The position numbers and the translations under genes are program-made. A DNA stretch of 64,000 nt, from NCBI GenBank assembly GCA_963693055.1, contig OY843751.1, positions 576,001 through 640,000 of the forward strand, given 5' to 3'. Origin of the DNA: a bacterium. GTDB lineage: Bacteria; Zhuqueibacterota; Zhuqueibacteria; Residuimicrobiales; Krinioviventaceae. Positions within the stretch are counted from its first letter, which is position 1. Every line of letters begins with the position of its first letter. Below are positions 1 to 9,985 of the stretch, in pieces. The notes under the pieces are model-generated. The model saw only the letters and a list, made by a program, of their open reading frames with translations, searched no databases and was not told the origin of the DNA.

Positions 1-318
1 TTCAACGGATGCATCATCAATGTTTCCATTTTCATCCAATGTCAGTGTGGGTACACCGTTTGATTCAACCAGACCAACACCTACCAAACCGCCGTAAGAA
101 CCTGCTTGTACAAACAAAGCGCCATCACGTTGTTCGATGGTTTGGTTTTGTACATCTTGTGCAGGATAAAAAATCCAACCTACATCTGTAAGAGGAGCAA
201 CTTCATCATCATCAAAATGATCTTCCCACAGAATTGGATATTCTTGTGCGTTAATTGGAGCAATCATGGCAAACAAAAGAATTGCCAAGATTGAAGTCGT
301 TAATAGCCGTTTCATCAT
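1..318 (-). CDS. Secreted protein, N-terminal part (runs off the window start); fourth gene of the TBDR-PorV cassette
   Basis: Not in the ORF track. Open frame from ATG at 318 (GGGAGG SD upstream) to position 1: MMKRLLTTSILAILLFAMIAPINAQEYPILWEDHFDD..., with a Sec signal peptide ending INA-Q. Confidence 0.85.
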   Translation of the reverse strand, partial: MMKRLLTTSILAILLFAMIAPINAQEYPILWEDHFDDDEVAPLTDVGWIFYPAQDVQNQTIEQRDGALFVQAGSYGGLVGVGLVESNGVPTLTLDENGNIDDASVE

Positions 319-389
319 AGAACCTCCCTAATTAATTGAGTTATGTTACTTGTGATTTATTATTGTATTATACAACTTTTTTTAAACAA

Positions 390-1430
390 TTAAAACGATA
401 TTTGCAAAGAAATTCGATTTATATCACTAAAATATTCTGCACTGGTATAAGCATAATCTACAATTGCGTTATAGTTAGAATACGAGAATTTTACACCTAC
501 ACCAAATGTTGCTGATTCAACATCGTGATTGAATTTATAACCACCACGAATTGCAAAGCGTTGCAGATAGAGAATTTCCGTACCGAGATGAACACGTTCC
601 GTATAATCATTTGGATGGATAGCATCAACTGCTACGTTGATATCCAGGTCTTCATTACCTTCCTGAAAGATTTCGGCAACGTCCATTGCCATACCTATCC
701 GTAAATAGGTTGGCAGACTGAATTCTTCGTACCAATATGCCATATCCTGGGAAAGGTTTTGCATAGTCATAGCAACAATTAATCCTTTCCAACCAACGTT
801 ATAAACAGTACCAAAATCTAAACCCCAGTTGTTCATGGCATAATCTTCAAAGGTGTAATATTTAACTTCATTTTCATCGTCACCTTCATTATCAACCTTG
901 TATACATATCGGGCTTCTCCAAGGTCTTCATGCAGGTGTTTTAGCTTGATACCAAATGAGAATTTATCACTGATACGTCTGGCATAAGAAAAACCAATGG
1001 CATAATCTTCAACACCAATGTCTCCGGTGGTTATAAAGCCTCTATAATTTTGAGATTGTGGTACAATCTGTGTTCCCATAATTTCACCAAAATCCATATA
1101 GGTCAAATCAACACCAAAGGCGCCCCAGTTTTCTGTAGAATAAACCATAGCGGTTCCGTACAGTTTGGTTTCAACCAACCAGCTTACCTGATTAAAGATG
1201 ACGGAAACGCCTTTAATGTCCGCGGTAACCGCGGGGTTGTGCCACATACCATTAATACCCTGAACTGATGCTGTTGATGCATCGCCCATTGCAGACTCGC
1301 GGGCGCCCATACTGATTGCAAGATAGGTCATACCGCTTTGTCCTACTTTTTTCTTTCTGGCCCACCCGTTATTGGGCAATGTTATTAGCATTGCTGCTAT
1401 AATTATCAAAATGTATATTTTTCTAGTCAT
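390..1430 (-). CDS. PorV/PorQ-family outer-membrane beta-barrel
   Basis: Start revised to MTRKIY (GGGAGA SD). Motifs GARESAMG, WHNPA, FAIRGGYKF and DYAY, and a terminal Phe, as in PorV/FadL-like barrels. Confidence 0.8.
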   Translation of the reverse strand: MTRKIYILIIIAAMLITLPNNGWARKKKVGQSGMTYLAISMGARESAMGDASTASVQGINGMWHNPAVTADIKGVSVIFNQVSWLVETKLYGTAMVYSTENWGAFGVDLTYMDFGEIMGTQIVPQSQNYRGFITTGDIGVEDYAIGFSYARRISDKFSFGIKLKHLHEDLGEARYVYKVDNEGDDENEVKYYTFEDYAMNNWGLDFGTVYNVGWKGLIVAMTMQNLSQDMAYWYEEFSLPTYLRIGMAMDVAEIFQEGNEDLDINVAVDAIHPNDYTERVHLGTEILYLQRFAIRGGYKFNHDVESATFGVGVKFSYSNYNAIVDYAYTSAEYFSDINRISLQISF

Positions 1431-1444
1431 ATTATTGTCTCCCA

Positions 1445-3568
1445 TTATCGAATAACGACAAATTTGCCGGTTGCAGAACCCAATGGAGTACCTAAACGGT
1501 CCCATCCTTCGATGTAGTAAAAATAGACACCACTTTTTATGGTTTGCCAGCTATCTGTGATCTGGAACCACATTTCATCGGCAGATTCGTTAACTGACAT
1601 GCGATTATCTGGGTTGGGATGGTGCAGGGTTTTTACCAGATCACCATGTACCGTAAAAATTCGGATCACAGCTTTTGCGGGAAGCCCTACAAAATAAAGC
1701 TGGTCTTCCGGGCGAGCCCCCATTCCCTGATCGATGAGATAATCTTCTTTAAATGTACCGCCATACTCTAGTCCACCAGCATGGAAGGGATTGGGAACAA
1801 CGTAGATAGAATCCATATTAGTATGTGCCGCTTCAAAGGGAACCACAGCATATTGATAGTTTCTGTTTGAAAAATGGCTGGATTCTACCGATTTCCCGGG
1901 AAACAAACTGCTGCTGTTTTGTGTGCCGTCATCAAATGCTGTAACATAATAGTAATAACTTTTACCCCGTTCAACATTACGGTCTGTAAATGTATTGGTA
2001 ATGGGATTACCGGAATTTCCACCACATTCGTATATTAGGTTATATATATTATTAAAATCACCAACTGCACGATATAAACGATATCCTGAAAAATCATATA
2101 TACCCGTGTCAATATCATTTTCAGGAAGATTGTCACGATGAGAGAAATTTATTGCATCGTAATCGCCATAATACCATTCAATATCAATTTTACCTGGTCC
2201 GGCATCCAATTTTAAATTGGGTGATTCCGGTCCGTCAGGTACCGCCGTATAACCATTCTGCCAGGTCCATTCGGCTCTTGAAACAATCTGATGTAAAGAG
2301 TCTTTGCCGGTAGCGAGAAAAGCGTTTTTAGCCGCATCACCAGTTAAACCATTAAATTCTAAATTTCCTTCAAACCAGTCTTTACCATATTGAATTGCAA
2401 GTTTTCTGTCTACAGCGCCAACCGCTTCAAATATGACAATATGAATATCTTCACCAAAGGGGATGTTATAGGGCCCAAAAGACATCAAACAATGTGGCTC
2501 TTGAACTTCAGGGTGCCAAGGATAGCTGTATTCCAGCATATCTGAACCCTGACTCTGTTTGCCACTACTCAAATCACTATACATGGTAAGCTCATCCGAG
2601 TTGGCATGTGTATGGGTTTTAGCTTTGGGAAGGAAATTAACGGTAGCGGGTTGAGATCGGTCATCCTCTGGATTGTTGTAATCTGTGTCTGCATGTAAAA
2701 CACCATAGGAAACATATTGTGGTGCCAGAAATTCTCCACTGGTTTCAGAAGGATCACCGGTGTCGTCAAAAGTTCGGCTGTTATTGTCTCCATCATATAC
2801 ATACCAGAAACCACGTAAAGAATCACCCTGCTGGTTGCCATAATAATGACACCAGTCATCACGTTGGCCTCCCATCGCTTCATGACCTTTATCGCCTGAA
2901 GGAACAAATACTCGCCAGAGTCCTAAATAGACATCTGTAAGGTTTTGCCCATCAAGCTCAATGGTACTTTCATTATCATCTACATTACCGGTATTGGTAA
3001 AGGTGTATTCTGAAATGATATAACTGTCATGCTTGCGGTTAGCAAAGGCATAACTTGATCGTTCCACCTGAATACCTACATCAGTATACCATTTGGATGT
3101 GATCAATTCATCTGCTTCAAGATTTTTGTCTCTTTTGTATGCGCTTGATCGATTGTCAACAATACGTTCTTCTGTGTCACCGTTTACAATAACTAGAGGA
3201 AGTCGTTGTCTTACAACTTTGCGATTGCTTCTTGATCGTGTAAACAAAACACCGGCTGCATCGCCATTTTGGTAACCACCTTCAGAAACATAGGCTGATT
3301 TAAACTCGCCCAGTTTATTGGTCCAGTTTTTTACACCAATCCAGTGACCAATAGCTTCCATGTTTTTACCTGTGTGCAGGTAAAAATCACCGCCAGGATA
3401 GTTCATCTGGCTTTGCAGGGGAGCATATGTAGGCATGGTTCCGGTTTCAAAACGGGTTACCCACAAACGACCGATTTCATGACTTTTGATCTGTGCCAGC
3501 GCGGGTGTTAAAATTCCCAAAATCAGTAACACCAGGCACAAAAATATATAATTTATTTTTTTATTCAT
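1445..3568 (-). CDS. Secreted protein with FN3-like domain and T9SS type-A CTD-like C-terminus
   Basis: Start revised to MNKKINY (GGAGG SD); signal peptide; FSGYRLYRA...YYYYVTAFD FN3-like segment; C-terminus VVPNPF...IRIFTVHGDLVKTL...SGVYFY...GKFVVIR. Confidence 0.75.
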   Translation of the reverse strand: MNKKINYIFLCLVLLILGILTPALAQIKSHEIGRLWVTRFETGTMPTYAPLQSQMNYPGGDFYLHTGKNMEAIGHWIGVKNWTNKLGEFKSAYVSEGGYQNGDAAGVLFTRSRSNRKVVRQRLPLVIVNGDTEERIVDNRSSAYKRDKNLEADELITSKWYTDVGIQVERSSYAFANRKHDSYIISEYTFTNTGNVDDNESTIELDGQNLTDVYLGLWRVFVPSGDKGHEAMGGQRDDWCHYYGNQQGDSLRGFWYVYDGDNNSRTFDDTGDPSETSGEFLAPQYVSYGVLHADTDYNNPEDDRSQPATVNFLPKAKTHTHANSDELTMYSDLSSGKQSQGSDMLEYSYPWHPEVQEPHCLMSFGPYNIPFGEDIHIVIFEAVGAVDRKLAIQYGKDWFEGNLEFNGLTGDAAKNAFLATGKDSLHQIVSRAEWTWQNGYTAVPDGPESPNLKLDAGPGKIDIEWYYGDYDAINFSHRDNLPENDIDTGIYDFSGYRLYRAVGDFNNIYNLIYECGGNSGNPITNTFTDRNVERGKSYYYYVTAFDDGTQNSSSLFPGKSVESSHFSNRNYQYAVVPFEAAHTNMDSIYVVPNPFHAGGLEYGGTFKEDYLIDQGMGARPEDQLYFVGLPAKAVIRIFTVHGDLVKTLHHPNPDNRMSVNESADEMWFQITDSWQTIKSGVYFYYIEGWDRLGTPLGSATGKFVVIR

Positions 3569-3587
3569 TATTTCCTCCACGTTCCGT

Positions 3588-6578
3588 TTACCTGTGAATC
3601 CGTAAACCAAATACATAAGATTTATACTCACCCCAGTATACATTGTCGCTCCAGGTCCTCAGTATCTTGGGGTTAGTCAGCTCGTCCGTACCTAATTCGT
3701 CAAGTCTGCCCGAGTTCCACAGATCATCATAATAATCTTCTTTGCTGTCTCCACCGGGAATATTGCGGAACTTGGAGTGTAGAATGTTACTTACATCCAT
3801 ATAGAATTCCATGTTGGTGTTGAACATAGAGAATACTCTTGAAAAGCGCATGTTTGCCCAATATTGATTCAATTCCTTGAACCAGACATCCGGGTGTTCA
3901 TCATTAAAGCTATCACGCGGATGTTTCCTTCGTGTTCCGCCTTTATAAAAGACCTGGAAGCTAAGGTTTGAGTTGGAAACCAGCGGAAACTTGCCGATTT
4001 TGGGGCCCCAATCTGCCGGCGCAGAAAGTGTGATTACACCACGAGCATCTGGCTGGATGTAATTGATATTGGAACGCGGAACCCCCCACAAAACACCATT
4101 ATTACCAATGTTGGGATCATCAGTGATAATTGGGATATTGCTCAGATTTGGAATCTCGAGGTTGGCTTCACTTTCTTTAATAAAGTTGTAATTGAACCAA
4201 CCGGTAACAAAACGCCCCATGGGTTTACGCAATTCAATTTCAATACCGCGAATTTCTTTATAGTTGTTTTGGTCATACCATTCCAGTACCAGAGTTTGAT
4301 CTCCGTGGGCATAAACCATTCCACTTTCGTATCCGTCATAATCTTTGTAAAAAGCACCAAAGTGCAATTGCAGATCGTATTTGATTCCAAAATCCGCACC
4401 CAACTCGTATGCAATATTGGTTGGAAAATCAATATCCGCGTTACCCATGAATGTAACACGGGGTAGAGACCAGTCAACCATGGTGTGGTAAAGCACTTCA
4501 CTTGCCGCTACCTGAACAAAGTGACCATAGTTGAAATATATTTTACTTCGGTCAGACAGGGGGTGCGATATACCCACACGTGGACTGAAATAGACTTTGG
4601 GTTTGGGTCTAAACGTAGGGTATTTATTGTTTACATAATCGTTGAACAGATCTTCATTGGTATCATACGTGAGAGCTTGATGTGGATCGGGACGGTCGCA
4701 ATTTACATCAAAATAATCCATACGTAAACCAATGTTGGCAATCATACCTTGAAATTCCACTTTGTCTTGAACAAATGCTGCCATTTCAAGTGGGAAAACA
4801 TGGTAATTGTGAGTAAACAGTTGTGTTGAATCACCTTCGTGCCAGTGTGTACGATCTTCAAGCATATCATTGTACGAGAATTCCAAACCTGCTTTTAACT
4901 CGTGAGCAGGATGAAATTGGCTGGTCAATTCAGCTTTTAAAGTGGTAGCGTTGTGGTGGGACTTGTCCCATGTGTCTGCACCGCCATACATTTCGAATTC
5001 ATTATAGGGATCTTCTACACCATTTGCCCTTGATATCCAACCGGATTGTGGATCATAATATAAACGTCCGTGAAAATAGCGTCCGTCTTCTGCTTTTGCT
5101 GAATCGGGGCGACCAATGTTCCAGTTGATGTTCAAATGGCTAAGTTTTATTTCATAAAATGTGGTAGGTGATAGTGTGTGTGTAAATGTTGCACCAGCAA
5201 CCGTTGTATAGCGGTTTAATATTGGACGATAGAACGGATAGTACATGTATTCGCCACGAAGGTCTGTGCCATCATATTCAACACGGTCTTCATGACTCCA
5301 ACTGCTGTTAGATTTACCTTCGGTGACAGATCTGACTTCTGAGTACATATTGTTCAGGGTCAGTTTCATGTTGGGAGAAAGGGTGTTAACTATTTTTAAA
5401 GATCCTATCCGTTCATCATAATACCGGCGTGATTGCGGGTATTGAAAAGGTCTGTACTCAAATTTCCCACCGAGTAAAAAGTTTGATTTCCAGGGTAAAA
5501 TGGGGACCCTGCCAGACAAGGTTGCGTCAATATTGTGGCCGGTTTTATTACCGTATTCAACCGGGCGATGACGCCATTGCCATAGTTCAAATGCTTCTTC
5601 TGCTGACAGGTCGTTGCTGGGATCCGGATCATTTGCAAGTTCTTCTGCGTAAGCATTCCAACCGATCCAGGTATATTCATCATCGTGAATACCGTCTGGT
5701 ACCAGAATAGAACCGCCATCAAATGCGTTAGCACCAGCCTTTAATAACCATTCGGTACGATAGGCATGATCATATTTATCGCGACCTACGTGGCCTTTTT
5801 GAGCAGGAGTTAACTGGTAATCCAGTGAAAAGTGTAAACGGTCTTCAGGATTTTTAGTAATCACATTGATCACACCTGAGCGGGACTGGCCATATTCCGC
5901 GTTAAACCCGTTACGCATAAGTTTAATCTCTTCTACCGCACCGGGTTGAATAGAGATTACAGGACGGTTAAATTTTTGGTCAAACATATCCATACCGTCC
6001 ATTAAAAAGCCCACTTCCATTGCGTCACCTTCACGGATTTTGATCTCGCCTTCCATAATGTTTCCACTGACGCCTGACTGCAGGCTGATAATTTCTTCTA
6101 CACGATTGGCAAACGGAGTGTTCTGGTAATCACTCTCTGAAATATAACTTTCTGTACTGGCAACATCCGTTTTGATGATATCACGTTGGGCTTGTACAAC
6201 AACTTCGCCGCCTATATCAAGTACTTCCTGGTCCAGATCAAAATTGATTGTAGTTGTACGGTCAACACTTACATGAACGTTCTGTTTCAGTTGTTTACCG
6301 TAACCAATGATAGATGCAGTGACCGAATAGGTACCTGGCGGTACCTGCAGAATGATAAATTCACCGTCAATGTTGGATGCTGCACCAATTGAACCATCAA
6401 AAGGAATCTCTTTTCCTTCCTGCCAAACATGACTAATAAAGATGTTGGCACCTGGCAGTCGTGCACCGTCAGCCACATCTTTGATTGTACCACGGATCTT
6501 ACCAGTTACACCTCCAAATACTGATAGAGGTAGAATTATGAATAACAGTACATATTTCTTGATCCACTGATATTTCAT
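3588..6578 (-). CDS. TonB-dependent receptor with N-terminal carboxypeptidase-regulatory-like domain
   Basis: Start revised to MKYQWI (GGAGA SD); GKIRGTIKD...LPGANI...GTYSVTASIIGY; plug motif GFNAEYGQSRSGVINVITK; barrel motifs SPRVGISHP and YFNYGHF. Confidence 0.92.
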   Translation of the reverse strand: MKYQWIKKYVLLFIILPLSVFGGVTGKIRGTIKDVADGARLPGANIFISHVWQEGKEIPFDGSIGAASNIDGEFIILQVPPGTYSVTASIIGYGKQLKQNVHVSVDRTTTINFDLDQEVLDIGGEVVVQAQRDIIKTDVASTESYISESDYQNTPFANRVEEIISLQSGVSGNIMEGEIKIREGDAMEVGFLMDGMDMFDQKFNRPVISIQPGAVEEIKLMRNGFNAEYGQSRSGVINVITKNPEDRLHFSLDYQLTPAQKGHVGRDKYDHAYRTEWLLKAGANAFDGGSILVPDGIHDDEYTWIGWNAYAEELANDPDPSNDLSAEEAFELWQWRHRPVEYGNKTGHNIDATLSGRVPILPWKSNFLLGGKFEYRPFQYPQSRRYYDERIGSLKIVNTLSPNMKLTLNNMYSEVRSVTEGKSNSSWSHEDRVEYDGTDLRGEYMYYPFYRPILNRYTTVAGATFTHTLSPTTFYEIKLSHLNINWNIGRPDSAKAEDGRYFHGRLYYDPQSGWISRANGVEDPYNEFEMYGGADTWDKSHHNATTLKAELTSQFHPAHELKAGLEFSYNDMLEDRTHWHEGDSTQLFTHNYHVFPLEMAAFVQDKVEFQGMIANIGLRMDYFDVNCDRPDPHQALTYDTNEDLFNDYVNNKYPTFRPKPKVYFSPRVGISHPLSDRSKIYFNYGHFVQVAASEVLYHTMVDWSLPRVTFMGNADIDFPTNIAYELGADFGIKYDLQLHFGAFYKDYDGYESGMVYAHGDQTLVLEWYDQNNYKEIRGIEIELRKPMGRFVTGWFNYNFIKESEANLEIPNLSNIPIITDDPNIGNNGVLWGVPRSNINYIQPDARGVITLSAPADWGPKIGKFPLVSNSNLSFQVFYKGGTRRKHPRDSFNDEHPDVWFKELNQYWANMRFSRVFSMFNTNMEFYMDVSNILHSKFRNIPGGDSKEDYYDDLWNSGRLDELGTDELTNPKILRTWSDNVYWGEYKSYVFGLRIHR

Positions 6579-6703
6579 AAGGTCTCCTTCCCGAAATATA
6601 TTGTTTATCAAATTTTTCCAGAGTTAAATTACCAATTATTCATTAATCCGATATTAACGGATTGTTAATTTTCAACTGAATGATATTTTGATCATTTACT
6701 TGG

Positions 6704-6721
6704 TAAGCAAACGTTTGCCTA
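6704..6721. promoter_or_regulatory. LacI/GalR-family operator
   Basis: TAAGCAAACGTTTGCCTA, with a perfect core palindrome GCAAACGTTTGC and central CG, about 125 bp upstream of the TBDR start. Confidence 0.7.
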
Positions 6722-7050
6722 ATTTATGTATAAATATGCTATAACTGAGAAAGAACTCTTAATTATTCTTGACAAAATTTCTATAGTGTGATATTTTATT
6801 GTTTTGGGAACGGTTGATTCTGAATGATGAGATGTTTGTTAAAAAAGTGATCATGTTATATATTTTTTTTAACATGTTGATAAACTGAATCAGCATTTTT
6901 TTGTATGAGCAACTGATCTTGTTTCTTTTTATGGGTCTGTTAATTGTTGAAATCACTGTTTAATATATATTGAAATTACATAGAATGCAATAATTTTATA
7001 TATATTTTTGTGATTTTTCTTTAATAATGCGTTATAAATGTTTGTCAAGT

Positions 7051-7079
7051 AAAAAGGCAACTGTAAATCAGTTGCCTTT
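7051..7079 (-). terminator. Rho-independent terminator of the ALDH...MFS operon
   Basis: AAAAAGGCAACTG-TAAAT-CAGTTGCCTTT just past the MFS stop. Confidence 0.85.
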
Positions 7080-7086
7080 ATTTATA

Positions 7087-8352
7087 TTAAAGATTTGATG
7101 TTCCGCGTTTGGATTTAAACCATAAAAGAAAAGTAAGTGCTGTTCCCAGAGTAGCCACTATGACCAGCATCATAAAAATGGGTACCAGATCGTGATTATA
7201 GGTTTCGTAGAGAAAACCAATGATTTCTTCCTGAAAGATAGGGCCAATTGAGCCAATGCCATTTATAATGCCTGCGGCAGCAAGTGCGCTTTTTTTAGAT
7301 GTGACATCAATAGCGCCAACTCCGGAGAGTAGTGAGTCAGGACCGTAAAGCATGAATCCGGCAAGTCCCATAGAGATGGTAAAATAGAGAACGCTGTTTG
7401 CACCCAAAGTATACATGATAAAGAATGAAACGGTCATGAAAAATAACATCAAGAATGCAATCAATGAGCGTTTACCTTTGAATAATTTGTCTGACGCCCA
7501 GCCCGCAAAAATAACACCTGCAAAACCGGTCAAATCAAATATAGTGGACAAGTATCCCGCTTCATCACCCTGTAGTGCAAAGTTTTTATTCAGGAAAAAG
7601 GGTGCCCAGCTCCAAAGAGAATATCTCAGGAATTTAATGCAAAAGTAAACCATTCCCATAAGAACAACTGTAAAGATGACGTCTTTTGACCATTTTTCAT
7701 CTTTATCGTTTTCTTCTGTTTCTTCTTCATCATCTTCTTTTAAAGGTTCAAGACCAGCATCTTCCGGCTTGTTGGGATGAATTAAAAGAACAACCGCCCA
7801 AACAACGAGAAGTACAATTGATGCACCAAAAAATGACCATCTCCAACCTGCCAGGCCCAAAAGAAATGCGGCAAATGAACTTGCTGCCAGTGAACCGACC
7901 TGGTAGCAGGTAGACCAAACGCCTAATATGGTACCGCGTTGTTTGCGTTTATACCAGAATGCCAAACTACCTATGCAGCCCGGCCAACCGGTACCCTGAG
8001 CAAGACCATTTAAACTCAGGAATAACATTATAGTCCAATAACTGTTGGATATTCCGAACATGAAATTACAAAATAATGAAATTCCCATTCCAATGAGTAA
8101 TAACAGCTTGGGACCCAGTTTTTTACCGAAAAATGCACTGGAGAATTGACCTACCATGTAGAAAACAAGGTACGCGGTCCCCAGATGTGCCAGGTCAATG
8201 GCAGTCATTCCCAGATCACCAGCCATTGCACTTTTTACTACATAGAAAGCTTTACGACAAAAATAGTACCCGGCATAAGAAAGCCAGGTAGCGGCAAATA
8301 TTTTAACCTGCCAGGGCCGATAAGCATTTTTAATTGATACTTGCTCTTTCAT
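7087..8352 (-). CDS. MFS transporter, organophosphate:Pi antiporter (GlpT/UhpT-like) family
   Basis: YAGYYFCRK, QGTGWP, RGTILGVWST and YGP motifs; about 12 hydrophobic segments. Confidence 0.85.
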   Translation of the reverse strand: MKEQVSIKNAYRPWQVKIFAATWLSYAGYYFCRKAFYVVKSAMAGDLGMTAIDLAHLGTAYLVFYMVGQFSSAFFGKKLGPKLLLLIGMGISLFCNFMFGISNSYWTIMLFLSLNGLAQGTGWPGCIGSLAFWYKRKQRGTILGVWSTCYQVGSLAASSFAAFLLGLAGWRWSFFGASIVLLVVWAVVLLIHPNKPEDAGLEPLKEDDEEETEENDKDEKWSKDVIFTVVLMGMVYFCIKFLRYSLWSWAPFFLNKNFALQGDEAGYLSTIFDLTGFAGVIFAGWASDKLFKGKRSLIAFLMLFFMTVSFFIMYTLGANSVLYFTISMGLAGFMLYGPDSLLSGVGAIDVTSKKSALAAAGIINGIGSIGPIFQEEIIGFLYETYNHDLVPIFMMLVIVATLGTALTFLLWFKSKRGTSNL

Positions 8353-8364
8353 AGGCTCTGCCCT

Positions 8365-9213
8365 TTATTTTTTTTGCATTACCTGCTTGGTTAACCAATT
8401 TTTAAATTCAAGTTCTCGAATATCATCATCTAATAGGTCTTCATCAATTGCAAGTTTCCAGCGCAGGTCTTTAGTATCATCCGATTTGACAATCTCGTCA
8501 TATTGTGCTACCAGTTCTGTCATGGCCTCATGGCTTTTGAAATAGTTTTCGCGGGTCAGTTTTTCCTCACGAGCTTCAATGAGCCTGGCCATTTCATAAA
8601 GGTTATACTCGGGATGGTATTGTGTAGCCCAGAATGTGCCCTTTTTGTATGTTACGCTGACTGCCTGTACATATGTAAAGCTGTTTCCTGCCAGGCGCGT
8701 TGCACCTTCTGGTAGACCTGTAATATGATCGTCATGGCTGATGAATCCGTCAAACGCCATAGGTTTTCCTTCATACATGGGGTGGGACTTGCCTTCGTCT
8801 GTAAGGTAAACCTTGCGGGCAACACCCATTTCACGACCTTTGGGGTTGGGTTCTACCTTGCCGCCTGCAACATAAACAGCAAGCTGTGCGGCCCAGCAGC
8901 TGCCAAATTGCGGAATACCGGCTTCGTACGCCATGTTTGTAATTTTGATCATTGTGGCAACCCGTTCATCATCCGTATGATAAACTGTAAGGTTGCAGCC
9001 CGGCCATAAAACGCCATCATAATTTTCTAAATTATCGGGGATAATTGTTTCCGTATCGCTGGTATATAAAATGTCATATTGGGCATTGGGCATGTATTTC
9101 AGCAATAAATTGGCATAGAGCTGCCCTGCCAGTGTCATTCCTACTTGGTCGAATTGGTCTCTACTTTTTTGGGGATATCCGTCCAATATTAAAAATCGCA
9201 TAGAATCTGCCAT
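8365..9213 (-). CDS. Class I glutamine amidotransferase-like protein (possible gamma-glutamyl hydrolase)
   Basis: Nucleophile elbow GSCWAAQ, SHDD, and catalytic QYHPE. Confidence 0.85.
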   Translation of the reverse strand: MADSMRFLILDGYPQKSRDQFDQVGMTLAGQLYANLLLKYMPNAQYDILYTSDTETIIPDNLENYDGVLWPGCNLTVYHTDDERVATMIKITNMAYEAGIPQFGSCWAAQLAVYVAGGKVEPNPKGREMGVARKVYLTDEGKSHPMYEGKPMAFDGFISHDDHITGLPEGATRLAGNSFTYVQAVSVTYKKGTFWATQYHPEYNLYEMARLIEAREEKLTRENYFKSHEAMTELVAQYDEIVKSDDTKDLRWKLAIDEDLLDDDIRELEFKNWLTKQVMQKK

Positions 9214-9215
9214 TA

Positions 9216-9971
9216 TTATTTCGCCTGTTTTTTAGAGTTAAATATTTCTGTCAATTGTGAGTAATCATTGAATTGTGCATCTGCCTGGGTATTTTCGCTG
9301 CCCCGATCAATCGCGGCAGTACACAATATTGCACCCATTCCCGCTTTTTTCGGTCCCAGAATATCGTTATGTTCACGGTCACCAATATGAACGATCTCTT
9401 TCAATTCAACACCCAGCCCTTTTGATGCGGCATCAAAGACTGATGGATGCGGTTTAGAATGACCAACCTCATCAGAGAATACAAAGAAATCAAAATATTG
9501 GGCCAAATCTTCGCCTGCCAGTAATTCACGTAATGCACGACCAGGACTAAAGATGGCGTCCGAAATAACACCCAATTTGTATTCTTTGCTTAGCTGCTTT
9601 ATTGCATCATGAACTCCCGGAATAAAGTTGGGTCTAAATTCCAGTTCCATTTCTTCATGCAGTTTTACCAATTCGTCCATTTCATTGGCAGGTAATTCTA
9701 CACCCAGGCCTTTCAATAAGACCGAAAGACGTTCATGTACAGACCAAGTTACATGGGAATCGTGCCAGACTTTTCTAAACGCGGCATCGGTTGTATTGTA
9801 GGCAATGTCTATAATATCCCGCGAAACGGATTTGTGTTTATTTACAAATTGCTCTACAAGGTTGCGCCGTTCAACAGGTTTTGTGGGGCGATTTGCAGCT
9901 TTGCGTTTGGGTTCGTCTGAATCATCAATAAAGACCGTATCCCACAAATCAAATGTAATTGCTTTTATCAT
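9216..9971 (-). CDS. HAD-superfamily hydrolase/phosphatase
   Basis: Motif I FDLWDT, motif II ISD, KP and HIGD..ND. Confidence 0.9.
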   Translation of the reverse strand: MIKAITFDLWDTVFIDDSDEPKRKAANRPTKPVERRNLVEQFVNKHKSVSRDIIDIAYNTTDAAFRKVWHDSHVTWSVHERLSVLLKGLGVELPANEMDELVKLHEEMELEFRPNFIPGVHDAIKQLSKEYKLGVISDAIFSPGRALRELLAGEDLAQYFDFFVFSDEVGHSKPHPSVFDAASKGLGVELKEIVHIGDREHNDILGPKKAGMGAILCTAAIDRGSENTQADAQFNDYSQLTEIFNSKKQAK

Positions 9972-9985
9972 AAATGACCTTTTTT

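Noticed and set aside
9-294. Two plus-strand ORFs in the ORF track
   Set aside because: They are shadows of a minus-strand gene (1-318) that has an SD and a signal peptide
6759-6956. 65 aa ORF in the AT-rich intergenic region
   Set aside because: Non-ATG start, no SD and low-complexity I/N/K composition; more likely promoter DNA
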